A DNA stretch of 64,000 nucleotides, taken from contig JAFXIF010000061.1 of the NCBI GenBank assembly GCA_017533325.1, positions 28 to 64,027 on the forward strand, given 5' to 3'. The position numbers and the translations under genes were made by a program. Below the pieces are notes generated by a model, which was not told where the DNA came from, did no database searches, and worked only from the letters and a program-made list of their open reading frames with translations. This DNA is from Alphaproteobacteria bacterium. Its GTDB lineage: Bacteria; Pseudomonadota; Alphaproteobacteria; CAAHEQ01; UBA3637. Shown one piece after another: positions 9,599 through 19,806 of this stretch; position 1 is the first letter of the stretch, and every line of letters begins with the position of its first letter.

Positions 9599-9763
9599 AT
9601 GACATTATTAGAATTTTTAAAAGCATTATTTATATCTGAGCCATTACAAAAGCCAGTAGTTCAAAAAGACATTCAACAAAAAGAAAACTCTTCTTCCCTT
9701 GATGAAGAAGAAGAACTTGTAGCCATGGAAGTTGTTGATGAAGAAGAGGAATTTTTTATTTAG
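9599..9763 (+). CDS. Possible small acidic protein (54 aa), hypothetical
   Basis: An ATG-to-TAG ORF, too short for the ORF track, translating to MTLLEFLKALFISEPLQKPVVQKDIQQKENSSSLDEEEELVAMEVVDEEEEFFI. I see no clear SD sequence. It is the only ORF in a ~400-bp gap. Confidence 0.25.
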   Translation: MTLLEFLKALFISEPLQKPVVQKDIQQKENSSSLDEEEELVAMEVVDEEEEFFI

Positions 9764-9817
9764 CAACCATTATTTTTTATAACAAAAAACCCCTCAATCA
9801 TAAAAGATTAAGGGGAA

Positions 9818-9893
<76 letters not shown>

Positions 9894-9915
9894 GTTAAGA
9901 ATCTTATACGCTATC

Positions 9916-10143
9916 TTAATCAAAAAAGCAAGAAAAAAATTGTCTTTCTTGGCCATCCTTTTTCATCATTGGTTGAGCCGGAGCAATTCCCAACATTTTG
10001 GCATACTCGGAATTAGCCAGAGTCATTTCATTATACCCTGATTGAGCCGCTTCAACGCCATTTGTATAAACCATTGCATTTTTAAATGATTTTTTAAAAT
10101 CTGCAGTATCTTGCGAGGATTGAAGTGTTTCATTTACAGTCAT
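9916..10143 (-). CDS. Hypothetical small protein (75 aa)
   Basis: An ORF with an aaggaaa RBS about 7 nt upstream, non-repetitive composition and no recognised family. It lies between hdaA and tRNA-Thr. Confidence 0.35.
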   Translation of the reverse strand: MTVNETLQSSQDTADFKKSFKNAMVYTNGVEAAQSGYNEMTLANSEYAKMLGIAPAQPMMKKDGQERQFFSCFFD

Positions 10144-10240
10144 AGAATTTTCCTTTGTCTAATTTTTTCAAACAAGGGGAGCATACCACGATAACAATTC
10201 CCTGTCAACAATTTTTTTTCAAAAAAAAGAATTTTTTAAC

Positions 10241-10951
10241 TTATTTAAAATCAAAGAGATGTAATTGAGCTTTTTGATCGTCATAATTTTTCTTAAACAT
10301 ATCATCAAAAACAGCATCTAATGCCGCTTTCATTAACGGAATCGTAACCGCTCGTCCCTGCCCCAAAGACATGCTGTCAGCTTTATCAACTAATTTTTGA
10401 GCTAATGAAAAACTCATAGGCAATCGCTTAAGAGTATATTCTAAAACATTTGGTTGCAAATGAATATGTTTATCCAAAAATAATTTAATTAAAAGCATGG
10501 AGATAACATCTTGGTCAGGCATACAAATCATCGTTCTTGGAACCGTATTCATCCGCGTGACCAAATCGCGCAGTTTAAAAACAGGTTCATTCGTTGCTGT
10601 CATCAATAAATAACGCCCCGTATCATGGATCATATTATAAAGATGAAATAAGGCTTTTTCATCTCGCAATTTATCCACATTTTCAAGAACAACTTTATGG
10701 GCATAATCCGGCAAAATAAAATCTTCATCAAGAAATCTGGCGTCAATATGATAATCCGAAAAAATAGAAGCCAAATGTGTTTTTCCGCTTCCGGTTTCAC
10801 CACAAATCAACAAGGCAAAATAAGGCCAATTCGGGTATCTGTCAATCCAACGAACAGCTTCTTCATTGCATTTAGCAACGATAAAATCATCCCGACCGAA
10901 AGCTTTTCGGTAGGAAAGCAAAAGCGGTAGCTGTTCAAAAGACTTCATCAT
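10241..10951 (-). CDS. hdaA: DnaA-related regulatory inactivator (Hda/HdaA family AAA+ protein)
   Basis: 236 aa with a Walker A motif (LLICGETGSGKTHLASIF), a short DnaA domain III-like architecture, and an N-terminal QLPL clamp-binding-like motif (FEQLPLLL). Confidence 0.8.
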   Translation of the reverse strand: MMKSFEQLPLLLSYRKAFGRDDFIVAKCNEEAVRWIDRYPNWPYFALLICGETGSGKTHLASIFSDYHIDARFLDEDFILPDYAHKVVLENVDKLRDEKALFHLYNMIHDTGRYLLMTATNEPVFKLRDLVTRMNTVPRTMICMPDQDVISMLLIKLFLDKHIHLQPNVLEYTLKRLPMSFSLAQKLVDKADSMSLGQGRAVTIPLMKAALDAVFDDMFKKNYDDQKAQLHLFDFK

Positions 10952-10962
10952 TCGTTTTTAAC

Positions 10963-12045
10963 CTACTTTTTCTTTTTAGATCCTTTCGGGGCTGATAAAT
11001 ATACCGGCGTTGAGCGATACCATTTTAAAATTCTTCGAACAAACACCCCTATCACGGCAGCAACGGGAACGGCAACAAAAACACCAACAAATCCAAATAA
11101 AGCACCCCCGGCCAAAAGAGCAAAAATCACCCACACCGGATGCAATCCGACTTTATTTCCAACCAACTTCGGCGTCAAGATATAACTTTCTAAAACTTGA
11201 CCACCCAAAAAGACAATCATAATTCCAATCCAAAGGGCAACCGAAGCTTCTTGAACAAGGGCAAGCAAACAGCTTAAAATCACTCCCGTTAAAAATCCGA
11301 AATAAGGGATAAATGATAAAATGCCGGATAAAAAGCCGACAAGCAATCCAAAATCCAATCCGACCAAAGAAAGAAAAAGCCCATAATAAACGCCCAATAA
11401 TAAACATACAGACGCTTGCCCACGGATAAACCCTGAAAGCGCCGTGTTAATTTCTTTAAAAACAGAACTTACTTCTTCCTTTTTATTTAATGGCACTAAA
11501 TCGGACATTTTCTTCTCCACAAAAAGCCAATCTCTTAACACATAAAATAACACAACCGGTGTAATTAAAACAAGAGAAATTATATTAAAAAAGACAATTC
11601 CTCCCGTTAAAACTTTTAACAAATTTGATCCCATTGTATTAAACAAAGAAAAAATCGTTTTTGAAACAACACCGGAAATCTGTTTTAACTGCTCTTGTGA
11701 TATATTTTCTTTTGTATACAATATCACCGTTTGAATTTTTACCCATAAGATATCACCCAATTGAGGCACTTTCACCATTAATGCTAAAATTTGAGCTTGC
11801 AAAATCGGAACAAAAATTAAAAATACGGCTATAACAAAAAAACAAAATAAAAAAGTCACAAACGCTGTTGCCAAAGATCTGGAGAAATGTTTTTGTTCTA
11901 AATAAGTGACCACCGGATGCAAAAAATATGCCAAAACAAAGGCCAAGACAAACGGAAGTAAGATACTTGAAATTTCAACAAAAAACCATGTTAAACAAGC
12001 AAGTAATAAAAAAATTAAAACAAGTGCTTTTTGAAATTTTGTCAC
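10963..12045 (-). CDS. AI-2E family transporter (PerM/YhhT-like permease)
   Basis: 360 aa and polytopic. The C-terminal stretch GLHPVWVIFALLAGGALFGFVGVFVAVPVAAV is typical of the AI-2E family. Confidence 0.85.
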   Translation of the reverse strand: MTKFQKALVLIFLLLACLTWFFVEISSILLPFVLAFVLAYFLHPVVTYLEQKHFSRSLATAFVTFLFCFFVIAVFLIFVPILQAQILALMVKVPQLGDILWVKIQTVILYTKENISQEQLKQISGVVSKTIFSLFNTMGSNLLKVLTGGIVFFNIISLVLITPVVLFYVLRDWLFVEKKMSDLVPLNKKEEVSSVFKEINTALSGFIRGQASVCLLLGVYYGLFLSLVGLDFGLLVGFLSGILSFIPYFGFLTGVILSCLLALVQEASVALWIGIMIVFLGGQVLESYILTPKLVGNKVGLHPVWVIFALLAGGALFGFVGVFVAVPVAAVIGVFVRRILKWYRSTPVYLSAPKGSKKKK

Positions 12046-12061
12046 TAAAAAACTCCTTTAA

Positions 12062-13207
12062 TTAAAACGAATTCTCAATTGCCTGATTTTCATTTTCCGC
12101 AACAGTTTCTTGATTCAAAAGTTTAGATTGCGCTTCAGTTTGATTTAATTTTTCTTCAATAAAAGTCAAGAGATAAAGCTTTTCATCTGTTTCAGCCATA
12201 TAAGGCATTAAACTCATCTGATTAAGCACCAATTTTCTTTGAAGCTCATCAATTGAGCCTTTAAAAGCTATCTCTACAGAAAGCATTTTATTTTTAAATC
12301 CTTTAATCTCAACTTTTTCAACAAAATTTAATTGAGCTATTTTATCTTTTATTTTTTTCAATTCAGAAACTTTTGAAACCGGCGTTAACAAATGATAAAT
12401 ACTCACCGGCGCCACATTTTTCGTCATTAGATAAACCCACTTTTTCTCCATATTTGAAAAAGCATCCGATATTAAATCTTTAACAACGAAATGCACATCT
12501 TCTCTGTCATCCATAACCTGAAAATTAACACCAGCTGTTGAAACACTTTCTTTCGGAAGAACAAATGTTTCAACTTGATATACATCCATCGACTTTTTTA
12601 TTTTAAGGACCAATGCTTTTGTAACTTCATATTCATTTAAAAAAGCATTGTGTTTATCAAATAATCCTTCTTGCCATATTTTTTCAGCCTCTTGAAGTTT
12701 TTGCCCTTCATCAGAAACAACTTTTACATGAAAAAAATCATTCTGAGGTTTCTCTGAATAAAAATAATTCAAAATCGGATTTTCTTTATTAAAAACAAGT
12801 ATTTTACCCTCTTCTTCAAAAATCGGCACCAACAACATCGGCTCCGGCAAAGAAGTTAAAAAAGGTTCATTTTGCCCCTCTAATAATTCATAAATCGGTT
12901 CTGATTTAAATCGAACACTTAAATTTCCTTTATATGTTGTGGCTGAAACTTTTTCATCTGAAAGAGAAACATCTTGAACCAAAGGGGCAACATCCACTGT
13001 TTCAAATTGAGTAATATCCACTGTTGGTGCTATTTTTTTCAACAACATTAAAAAAGCTTTTTTTTGACCTTCTGACACGGCATTTGTTTGAGCTTCAAGA
13101 ACACTTTTTCCTTCCCCTGAAACCAAAATATCACTTTGCACATAAAAATTTGATGCGAAAGCGCTTACTGAAAAAAACGTTACAATTCCCATTAATATTT
13201 TTTTCAT
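12062..13207 (-). CDS. Secreted hypothetical protein (possibly DUF2066-like)
   Basis: 381 aa with a signal peptide (MKKILMGIVTFFSVSAFA). Its position next to the AI-2E permease and hda recalls the DUF2066-perM-hda arrangement I remember from other proteobacteria. The family assignment is unverified. Confidence 0.45.
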   Translation of the reverse strand: MKKILMGIVTFFSVSAFASNFYVQSDILVSGEGKSVLEAQTNAVSEGQKKAFLMLLKKIAPTVDITQFETVDVAPLVQDVSLSDEKVSATTYKGNLSVRFKSEPIYELLEGQNEPFLTSLPEPMLLVPIFEEEGKILVFNKENPILNYFYSEKPQNDFFHVKVVSDEGQKLQEAEKIWQEGLFDKHNAFLNEYEVTKALVLKIKKSMDVYQVETFVLPKESVSTAGVNFQVMDDREDVHFVVKDLISDAFSNMEKKWVYLMTKNVAPVSIYHLLTPVSKVSELKKIKDKIAQLNFVEKVEIKGFKNKMLSVEIAFKGSIDELQRKLVLNQMSLMPYMAETDEKLYLLTFIEEKLNQTEAQSKLLNQETVAENENQAIENSF

Positions 13208-13223
13208 TCTCTTTCCTTTTTTG

Positions 13224-13252
13224 TTGAAGATTAAAATTTTGGCTGATATACT
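13224..13252 (+). promoter_or_regulatory. Putative sigma70-type promoter (TTGAAG-17 nt-TATACT) upstream of the HIT gene
   Basis: TTGAAG at 13224-13229, a 17-nt spacer, then TATACT at 13247-13252, in a divergent intergenic region. Confidence 0.3.
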
Positions 13253-13346
13253 CTTTCTAAGATAAAAATTTTAAATTTTTACCCTTAAAACGGGTTTATT
13301 TTAGCAAATTGAAACAAAAAGAGCAACAAAAAAGAAAGGAAAAATA

Positions 13347-13703
13347 ATGGAATATAATGCTGATAATGTATTTGCAAAAATCATTCGAGGAGAAATCCCC
13401 TGCAATAAAATTTATGAAGACGAATTTGCCTTGGCATTTTATGACATTGCTCCAAAAGCTAAAGTTCATGCTCTTGTGATTGCCAAAGCCATGGTGGTTG
13501 ATTTTGCAGATTTCATTGAACATTCCACTGCCGACGAAATTGAAGGTTATATGAGAGCCATTGTAAAAGTAACTGAAATTTTAAATGTCAATGAAACGGG
13601 ATATAGAATTGTTTTCAACTCCGGCCCAGATAGTGGTCAAGAAGTCCCCCATCTTCATGCGCATATTTTAGGCGGCGAAAAACTTCAAACAGAAAATCTT
13701 TAA
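13347..13703 (+). CDS. HIT family (histidine triad) nucleotide hydrolase, HinT-like
   Basis: 118 aa with an N-terminal FAKIIRGEIPC motif and the histidine triad motif VPHLHAHILGG. Confidence 0.9.
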   Translation: MEYNADNVFAKIIRGEIPCNKIYEDEFALAFYDIAPKAKVHALVIAKAMVVDFADFIEHSTADEIEGYMRAIVKVTEILNVNETGYRIVFNSGPDSGQEVPHLHAHILGGEKLQTENL

Positions 13704-13707
13704 TATA

Positions 13708-13747
13708 TAAAAAGCCGATCTGAAAAGGTCGGCTTTTATTTTTTTCA
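13708..13747. terminator. Bidirectional rho-independent terminator between the convergent HIT and pilin-like genes
   Basis: Hairpin agccgatc-tgaaaa-ggtcggct flanked by an A-run upstream and tttatttttttc downstream. Confidence 0.55.
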
Positions 13748-13748
13748 T

Positions 13749-14201
13749 TCAGTTCCCTGATAAGACTTTATTAGAAGCAAATTCAATAATAAGTTTCCCT
13801 GAACTTGCATCTGTTTCTCCTTTATTAACACGATATTGAGAAACTTCTAAATCTTCAAAATATGAAACAATTTTTTTATCTACGCCATTAAAGGTAATTC
13901 GATAACATTGATTATTATGTCTGTCTTGTAATTCACAAGTATCCACCTTAGAAGCTGAGGCATCAAACCCTTTCATAGATTGCACTAAGAACCTGTCTAA
14001 TGCCTTAATTGTTCTAACTTGAGAACCGTCAACAACTAAAACCGTTTTTAACAATGCATCTTCCAGTCCGGAAATTTTCCATTTGCTTGTCAAATAATTA
14101 TATCCGCCAATCGACGTAATGGATAAAAGACTGATGATAGAAATAACCCCCATCATTTCAACCAATGTTCTGCCTTTTTCTTGATTTTTTAACATTTTCA
14201 T
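13749..14201 (-). CDS. Type IV pilin/pseudopilin-like protein (prepilin-type N-terminal motif)
   Basis: 150 aa. A short basic leader MKMLKNQEKG is followed by RTLVEMMGVISIISLL (Gly at -1, Glu at +5, hydrophobic alpha1-N helix). A Cys pair near the C-terminal part (DTCELQDRHNNQCY) resembles a pilin disulfide loop. The gene lies 21 nt downstream of the RND pump gene. Confidence 0.65.
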   Translation of the reverse strand: MKMLKNQEKGRTLVEMMGVISIISLLSITSIGGYNYLTSKWKISGLEDALLKTVLVVDGSQVRTIKALDRFLVQSMKGFDASASKVDTCELQDRHNNQCYRITFNGVDKKIVSYFEDLEVSQYRVNKGETDASSGKLIIEFASNKVLSGN

Positions 14202-14222
14202 TTCATATCCTTATGCTTAGTT

Positions 14223-17200
14223 TTATTTCTTTTTTATTTTAGATTTTTTTTCAAAAAGACTAACCGATTTGTTTTTATTCCAACATCTCTCAACAATTGT
14301 TTGGAAAACAACATAAAGTGCCGGAATAAAGAAAATCCCGATAAATGAAGAAACAAATAAACCGCCAAAAATTGATGAACCGATTGCCTGACGCGCCATC
14401 GCACCGGCTCCGGATGAAATAACAAGCGGTAAAAATCCTAAAAGAGCCGCAATTGCCGTCATCATAATTGCTCTGAATCTCATGTGTGCCCCATTAATAG
14501 CAGCCTCTTTAATAGATGCTCCTTTAGCATGTTCTTCTTTTGCAAACTCAACCAAAAGAATGGCATTTTTAGCAGCTAAGGCAATCAACACGATAATACC
14601 TGCTTGAGCATAAAGGTCATTTGTTATCGAGCGAATCCATAAGAATCCAACAGCACCAAACAACCCGATAATAATAGAAATCATCACCGGCAACGGAATA
14701 ACCCAGCTTTCATATAATGCAACCAAGAAAAGATAGGCAAACAAGAAAGCTAAAACAAAAATAATGGCTGTTTGTGCACCGGCTTCTTGTTCTTGCAAAC
14801 TCATCCCCGTCCATTGGTATTGATAACCGGCAGGCAACACTTTTAAAGAAATTTCTTCCATTGCCTGAATGGCCGATCCGGAACTCAAACCTGCCGCCGG
14901 TGCCGCCGTAATTTTAATCGAGCGATAGTTATTATATCGTTGAATCGATTGCGCCCCGACCGTTCTTTTGACACTAATCAAAGAGCGAAGCGGAACCATT
15001 TCTCCTTTTTTGCTTCGAATATTGATTTTATAGATATCTTCTAAGGTGCGCCGATCTTGAATATCCCCTTGCACATTGACCTGCCAGGTTCTGCCATAAA
15101 GGTTAAAATCATTCACATAAGTTCCACCTAACATTGTTTGCATGGTTGAGAAAATATCTGATATTTCAACACCTAAAGCATAAGCTTTCTTCCTGTCAAC
15201 AACAACTTCAACACGCGGGGAATCAACCGTATAAAAAGTTGTTACCCGTTGTAAACGAGGGTCTTTATTTCCTTCTTGAATAATTCTGTTAGCAACATCT
15301 AAAATTTGTTCCGGAGAATCCCCTTGTGTGCTTTGCAAAACATATTCAGCATCAGAGGTCATACTAATACCGGAAATGGCCGGCATATTAAAGGGGAACA
15401 TCTTTGCCTCTTTAATATCCATTGTCGCTTGATAAACTTTTCCGATTAAACTATCCACATCTTGGCCTTTTCCTTGTCGCTCGGCATAAGGTTTTAATTG
15501 AACGGCAAAGAACCCGTTTGAAGAGGATTGAACCCCACTCATCATCCCATATCCGATAATCGCCATATAAGATTCAATTTCAGGGAATTTTTTAAAACGT
15601 TCTGCCACTTGTTTCATCACTTTTTCAGTTCTGTTCCAAGAAGCACCGGAAGGAAGCTGAACTTCCATCAAGAAAACCCCTTGATCTTCAGCCGGCAAAA
15701 ATCCGGATGGGGTTATTTTCATAAAGCCCCAAGCAGCTATCGCAAACAATGCTATTGCCAAAACAGAAAAAGCAGAATAATTAATCGTTTTTTTAACAAT
15801 ACTTGAATAACCGTTTCTGCATTTATCAATAAAGTTCATTATTTTTTGAACAAGGGCAAAAGGCTTATCATTCGCGCGCATAATAACGGCAGCAACAGCC
15901 GGAGAAAGCGTCAAAGAGTTAATGCCTGAAATAACCATTGCAGCTGAAATGGCAATAGCAAACTGACTGTAAAGAAGACCGGAAATACCCGGTGTAAAAG
16001 CAACCGGCACAAACACCGCCAATAAAACCAATGTAATGGCAATAATCGGTGCCGTAATGCGATTCATTGATTTTGAAACGGCTTCATGCGGCAAAAGATC
16101 CGGATTTTCATGCATAACGGTTTCAACATCTTCCACAACCACAATCGCATCATCAACAACAATACCAATTGCAAGAACAAGCGCCAACAATGAAATCGTA
16201 TTGGCAGTCACCCCAAAAAGAGTCATTCCGACAAAGGCCCCAATCAAGGAAACCGGAATAGCAATTGTTGGAATAATTGTTGCCCTAAACGTCCCCAAAA
16301 AGAAATATGTTACCAACACAATTAAAAGGAACGCTTCAAAAATCGTATGGAAAATTTCAACCAATGAATCTTCCACAAATTTAGCATTATTAAAAACAGT
16401 GTTAAACTGAATTTCAGCCGGCATTTTCTTTTGAAGTTCAACAACTTTTTTATTGACGGCACTGGCAACTGCAACCGCATTGGACCCCGGCGCTTGGAAA
16501 ATAGCAAGACCCACAGCCGGCTGACCATTATACATTGCACGCATTTCTTCAGATTTTGAGGCCAATTCAATACGGGCAATGTCTTTTAAGTATAAATAAG
16601 AACCATCTGTATTGGCCCTGATAACAATATCCCCGAATTCTTCAGGAGTTGACAAACGCCCTTGTGTCGTTAATGAAAATTGAAATTGTTGATCAGGGGT
16701 TGACGGCATAACCCCGATACGCCCCAATGACCCTTGCAAATTTTGACCTTGAATAGCCGCCAAAACCTCATTCGTTGAAAGCTTTAAACTTTTAAGTTTA
16801 TCACTATCCAACCAAACGCGCATTGAATAATCAAGTGTTGAGAACACACGCACATCCCCAACCCCGCTGGTTCTGGCAAGTTCATCTTTCACATTGATTA
16901 AGGTATAATTTGTTAAGAAAACATCATCATAGGCCGGATTAGATGAAGATATAGTGAAAATTTGCAACATGGAAGGCATTTTTGATTGAACAATCACCCC
17001 TTGTTTCAAAACTTCTGCCGGCAATGTGCTTTCAACTTGCTTTAACCTGTTTTGAACATTAACGGAAGCAATATTCGGATCCGTTCCGATATTAAAAGTC
17101 ACACTTAAATTATAAGACCCGTCATCACTGCTGGTTGATGACATATAAAGCATATCTTCAACCCCGTTCACAACGGATTCAATTTGCTGAGCTACCGTTG

Positions 17201-17378
17201 ATTCAACCACATCAGCACTGGCACCGGGATAAGTGGCCGAAACGGAAACTGAAGGCGGAACAATGTTCGGATACTGTTCTACCGGCATTGCATACATACA
17301 AAGAAGCCCGGCCAAGACAATCACAACCGATAAAACCGTTGCTAACCGCGGACGTTTAATAAAAGTATCCGAAATCAT
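14223..17378 (-). CDS. RND efflux pump inner-membrane transporter (AcrB/HAE1 family)
   Basis: 1051 aa with the N-terminal motif [19 protein letters not shown], 12 TM segments, two large periplasmic loops, and conserved [10 protein letters not shown] and NAILLVEFA stretches. Confidence 0.95.
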   Translation of the reverse strand: MISDTFIKRPRLATVLSVVIVLAGLLCMYAMPVEQYPNIVPPSVSVSATYPGASADVVESTVAQQIESVVNGVEDMLYMSSTSSDDGSYNLSVTFNIGTDPNIASVNVQNRLKQVESTLPAEVLKQGVIVQSKMPSMLQIFTISSSNPAYDDVFLTNYTLINVKDELARTSGVGDVRVFSTLDYSMRVWLDSDKLKSLKLSTNEVLAAIQGQNLQGSLGRIGVMPSTPDQQFQFSLTTQGRLSTPEEFGDIVIRANTDGSYLYLKDIARIELASKSEEMRAMYNGQPAVGLAIFQAPGSNAVAVASAVNKKVVELQKKMPAEIQFNTVFNNAKFVEDSLVEIFHTIFEAFLLIVLVTYFFLGTFRATIIPTIAIPVSLIGAFVGMTLFGVTANTISLLALVLAIGIVVDDAIVVVEDVETVMHENPDLLPHEAVSKSMNRITAPIIAITLVLLAVFVPVAFTPGISGLLYSQFAIAISAAMVISGINSLTLSPAVAAVIMRANDKPFALVQKIMNFIDKCRNGYSSIVKKTINYSAFSVLAIALFAIAAWGFMKITPSGFLPAEDQGVFLMEVQLPSGASWNRTEKVMKQVAERFKKFPEIESYMAIIGYGMMSGVQSSSNGFFAVQLKPYAERQGKGQDVDSLIGKVYQATMDIKEAKMFPFNMPAISGISMTSDAEYVLQSTQGDSPEQILDVANRIIQEGNKDPRLQRVTTFYTVDSPRVEVVVDRKKAYALGVEISDIFSTMQTMLGGTYVNDFNLYGRTWQVNVQGDIQDRRTLEDIYKINIRSKKGEMVPLRSLISVKRTVGAQSIQRYNNYRSIKITAAPAAGLSSGSAIQAMEEISLKVLPAGYQYQWTGMSLQEQEAGAQTAIIFVLAFLFAYLFLVALYESWVIPLPVMISIIIGLFGAVGFLWIRSITNDLYAQAGIIVLIALAAKNAILLVEFAKEEHAKGASIKEAAINGAHMRFRAIMMTAIAALLGFLPLVISSGAGAMARQAIGSSIFGGLFVSSFIGIFFIPALYVVFQTIVERCWNKNKSVSLFEKKSKIKKK

Positions 17379-17381
17379 TGA

Positions 17382-18533
17382 TTATTCTCCTTTTTTAAAC
17401 TGTGGGTTAACAATCATTTGCGGCCTGATCTTTTGGAACCCTTCTGTCACAATTATATCTCCGACACTTAAACCGGAAACAATTTCAACGCTAAATCCTT
17501 CCATTTCAACACCGCGCACAACAGGTCTTTTTTCAATTTTATTTTCCGAATCAACAACATAAACATACGTTCCTTGCATGTCTTGTTGAACGGCTTTCAT
17601 CGGAATAATAATTTCCTTGACAGGTTTGTTGCTTTTAATAACCACACGGCCATATTGTCCGGAAATCAACTGATTTGAAGGATTTGGAAACGAAGCCTTT
17701 ATTTTAAGTGTATTCATCGCTTCATCAAGGGCAACATCAATAAAATTTATTTGACCTTTTTCCGGATAAACAGCGCCATCAGACATAATAAAACTTACTT
17801 CAACACCCCCAGCATTTTCAAAGTTTTTGCGCAAAGACAAAAGCTCGTTTTCACTCACTGAAAAAACAGCGTCAATCGGATTAACGGCAACAATTTGCGC
17901 CAATTCACCGGAACTTGGACCAATCAAAGAGCCGACAGAATAAACAGATTCGCCGATTTTTCCATCCATTGGAGAAACAATGGTTGTATATTCTAAATCT
18001 TTTTGCGCCAAATCAAGTTTAGCTTGAGCTTCCGCTAAAGAAGCTTGAGCCGATGTATAAAAAGCTTCATCTTCATCTAATTTTGATTCTGAAACATCTT
18101 TTGTTTTATAAAGGATTTGAGCCCGTTCATATTGTGCTTTTTTATTTTTCACTTGAGCTTCAGCTTTGGCAACATTTGCTTGAGCTTCCCGAACGGCTGC
18201 TTCAAAATTAACTTTTTCAATCACAAAAAGAGGCTGACCTTTCGTGACTAAATCCCCTTCTTTAAATAACCGTTCTTGCAAAAAACCTTGCACGCGAGCG
18301 CGTAAAGCAACTTTATCTTGAGATTCAATTTTTGCAACAAAACTACTTTCCGGATAAATTTCGGATAATTTTACTTTTAAAGCATCAACACTCACCGCTG
18401 GCATTTGCTGTATAGCATTCGGCTTGGAATAATAGTAATAAACACACCCCCCAGCCAATAACGCTCCTAAAACAGCGATTGAAACGGATATTTTTTTGAA
18501 TCCGGAAGATTTTGAAAGTTTTTTTTCTGCCAT
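17382..18533 (-). CDS. RND efflux membrane fusion protein (AcrA/MexA-like periplasmic adaptor)
   Basis: A membrane anchor, then lipoyl, coiled-coil hairpin (AEAQVKNKKAQYERAQ...AQAKLDLAQKDLEYT) and beta-barrel regions. The start was moved to ATG 18533, which has an AAGGAG RBS. The stop is 3 nt before the pump gene. Confidence 0.9.
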   Translation of the reverse strand: MAEKKLSKSSGFKKISVSIAVLGALLAGGCVYYYYSKPNAIQQMPAVSVDALKVKLSEIYPESSFVAKIESQDKVALRARVQGFLQERLFKEGDLVTKGQPLFVIEKVNFEAAVREAQANVAKAEAQVKNKKAQYERAQILYKTKDVSESKLDEDEAFYTSAQASLAEAQAKLDLAQKDLEYTTIVSPMDGKIGESVYSVGSLIGPSSGELAQIVAVNPIDAVFSVSENELLSLRKNFENAGGVEVSFIMSDGAVYPEKGQINFIDVALDEAMNTLKIKASFPNPSNQLISGQYGRVVIKSNKPVKEIIIPMKAVQQDMQGTYVYVVDSENKIEKRPVVRGVEMEGFSVEIVSGLSVGDIIVTEGFQKIRPQMIVNPQFKKGE

Positions 18534-18629
18534 AAACGACTCCTTTTTTTTCATTCTGTTAAAAAAGATGTAGCATTTTTTATTTTAAAAGTCTATAAGT
18601 AATTATAATTTTTTTAAATTGGGGGTCAA

Positions 18630-19697
18630 ATGAAAAAAGCAACAAACAAGATGAAAACAAAAGAAAAAACTTTATCCGGAAATAAACTTTCTTTGACCCG
18701 TGGATCTGCACTTATGGAACGCGAGGCCAGAAAAGAAAGAACGCCTCAAAAAAAAAGCAAAGCCGTTAAAGCCTTTATTGATCAAAACAAACAAGGGTTA
18801 ACAAGGGTTTTTGTTGCCGGCGGGTCCAGATCCGGCAAAAATGACATTTATGAAGAAGAAGCTTTTGCTCTTGGAAGACAAATCGGAAAGAAAAAATATC
18901 GCCTTGATTTTGGACTTTCTTCTAAAGGGATTATGGGGGCTGTTGCCAGAGGTGTTTTAACAGGGTGGAGCGAAACAAATCAAAATCAATCAAAAGATAA
19001 GGTGATTCATGCCGTTACAACAAAGGAATATTTAGCCCTTTATCAAAGCGATAGTATTATAGATGAGGTTTCAGATATCATCGTTTCTCATACATTGGAA
19101 GAAAGAAAACAGCAACTTCTTGGGGCGGATTTTGTTATTTTTGCTCCGGGAGGCGTCGGCACGTTAGACGAACTTGCTTATGATTGCGTTGCCATGCAAG
19201 ACGGTTTTTTAAATTTTAAACCGTTCATTCTTTTTAATGTTCAAGGTTTTTTCTATCACTTACTTGAATATTTAAAAGAAATTCAAAAAGAAGGTTTTGC
19301 CAGCAATATTCCTTTTATTGTTGTTGATGATAGTTTTGAAGCATTGGTTGCTTTTGATATGATTGATCTTTTTTATAAAAAAGAAATCAAAAAAAATCCG
19401 ACTCACGCCAAATCCATTTTAAACAGATTGGTTTATTTGCTTCCTTACGTCATTCATCAACGCCTTTTAGATTCAAAAAAATCAACTGAGGATGTGTTAA
19501 ATAACATTGAAACCGTTATCAATCAAACCAATTCAAAAAAACAACACATACTTGAAGAAGAAATTGAAAAAGCCTATTTAAGCAAAGAAATTGAGCGCCT
19601 TTATGAACGCTTGGCAAAAGCAGGAAAAGACACGGCAAACGTCAGCGACAAGCTTCAAAAATTAAAGAACAGATATAAATCAAAGAATATTTTATAA
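18630..19697 (+). CDS. LOG family (TIGR00730-type Rossmann fold) protein with N- and C-terminal extensions
   Basis: 355 aa. The core (~aa 58-240) has VFVAGGSRSG...GIMGAVARG and the PGGxGTxxE motif (APGGVGTLDEL). It carries a ~55-aa Lys-rich N-terminal extension and a ~110-aa C-terminal helical/coiled extension. Confidence 0.7.
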   Translation: MKKATNKMKTKEKTLSGNKLSLTRGSALMEREARKERTPQKKSKAVKAFIDQNKQGLTRVFVAGGSRSGKNDIYEEEAFALGRQIGKKKYRLDFGLSSKGIMGAVARGVLTGWSETNQNQSKDKVIHAVTTKEYLALYQSDSIIDEVSDIIVSHTLEERKQQLLGADFVIFAPGGVGTLDELAYDCVAMQDGFLNFKPFILFNVQGFFYHLLEYLKEIQKEGFASNIPFIVVDDSFEALVAFDMIDLFYKKEIKKNPTHAKSILNRLVYLLPYVIHQRLLDSKKSTEDVLNNIETVINQTNSKKQHILEEEIEKAYLSKEIERLYERLAKAGKDTANVSDKLQKLKNRYKSKNIL

Positions 19698-19806
19698 TTT
19701 TCAAAAATATTTGTTTTTTTTATTATAAACGAAAAAACAGATGCCTGATTGATTGAGGCGTTGACGAAGACTTTCTTTTTTGATAAAACGAAAAAGGAGG
19801 TTTTTT

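Noticed and set aside
16036-16410. A 124-aa plus-strand ORF antisense to the RND pump gene. Similar antisense ORFs appear at 15528-15806, 17135-17562, 37299-37706, 7274-7636, 8971-9327, 52353-52739 and 30386-31432.
   Set aside because: Each lies entirely within a strongly supported gene on the other strand. Their translations are low-complexity or compositionally odd (S/T/I-rich or F/L/K-rich), and they lack an RBS. These are typical shadow ORFs.
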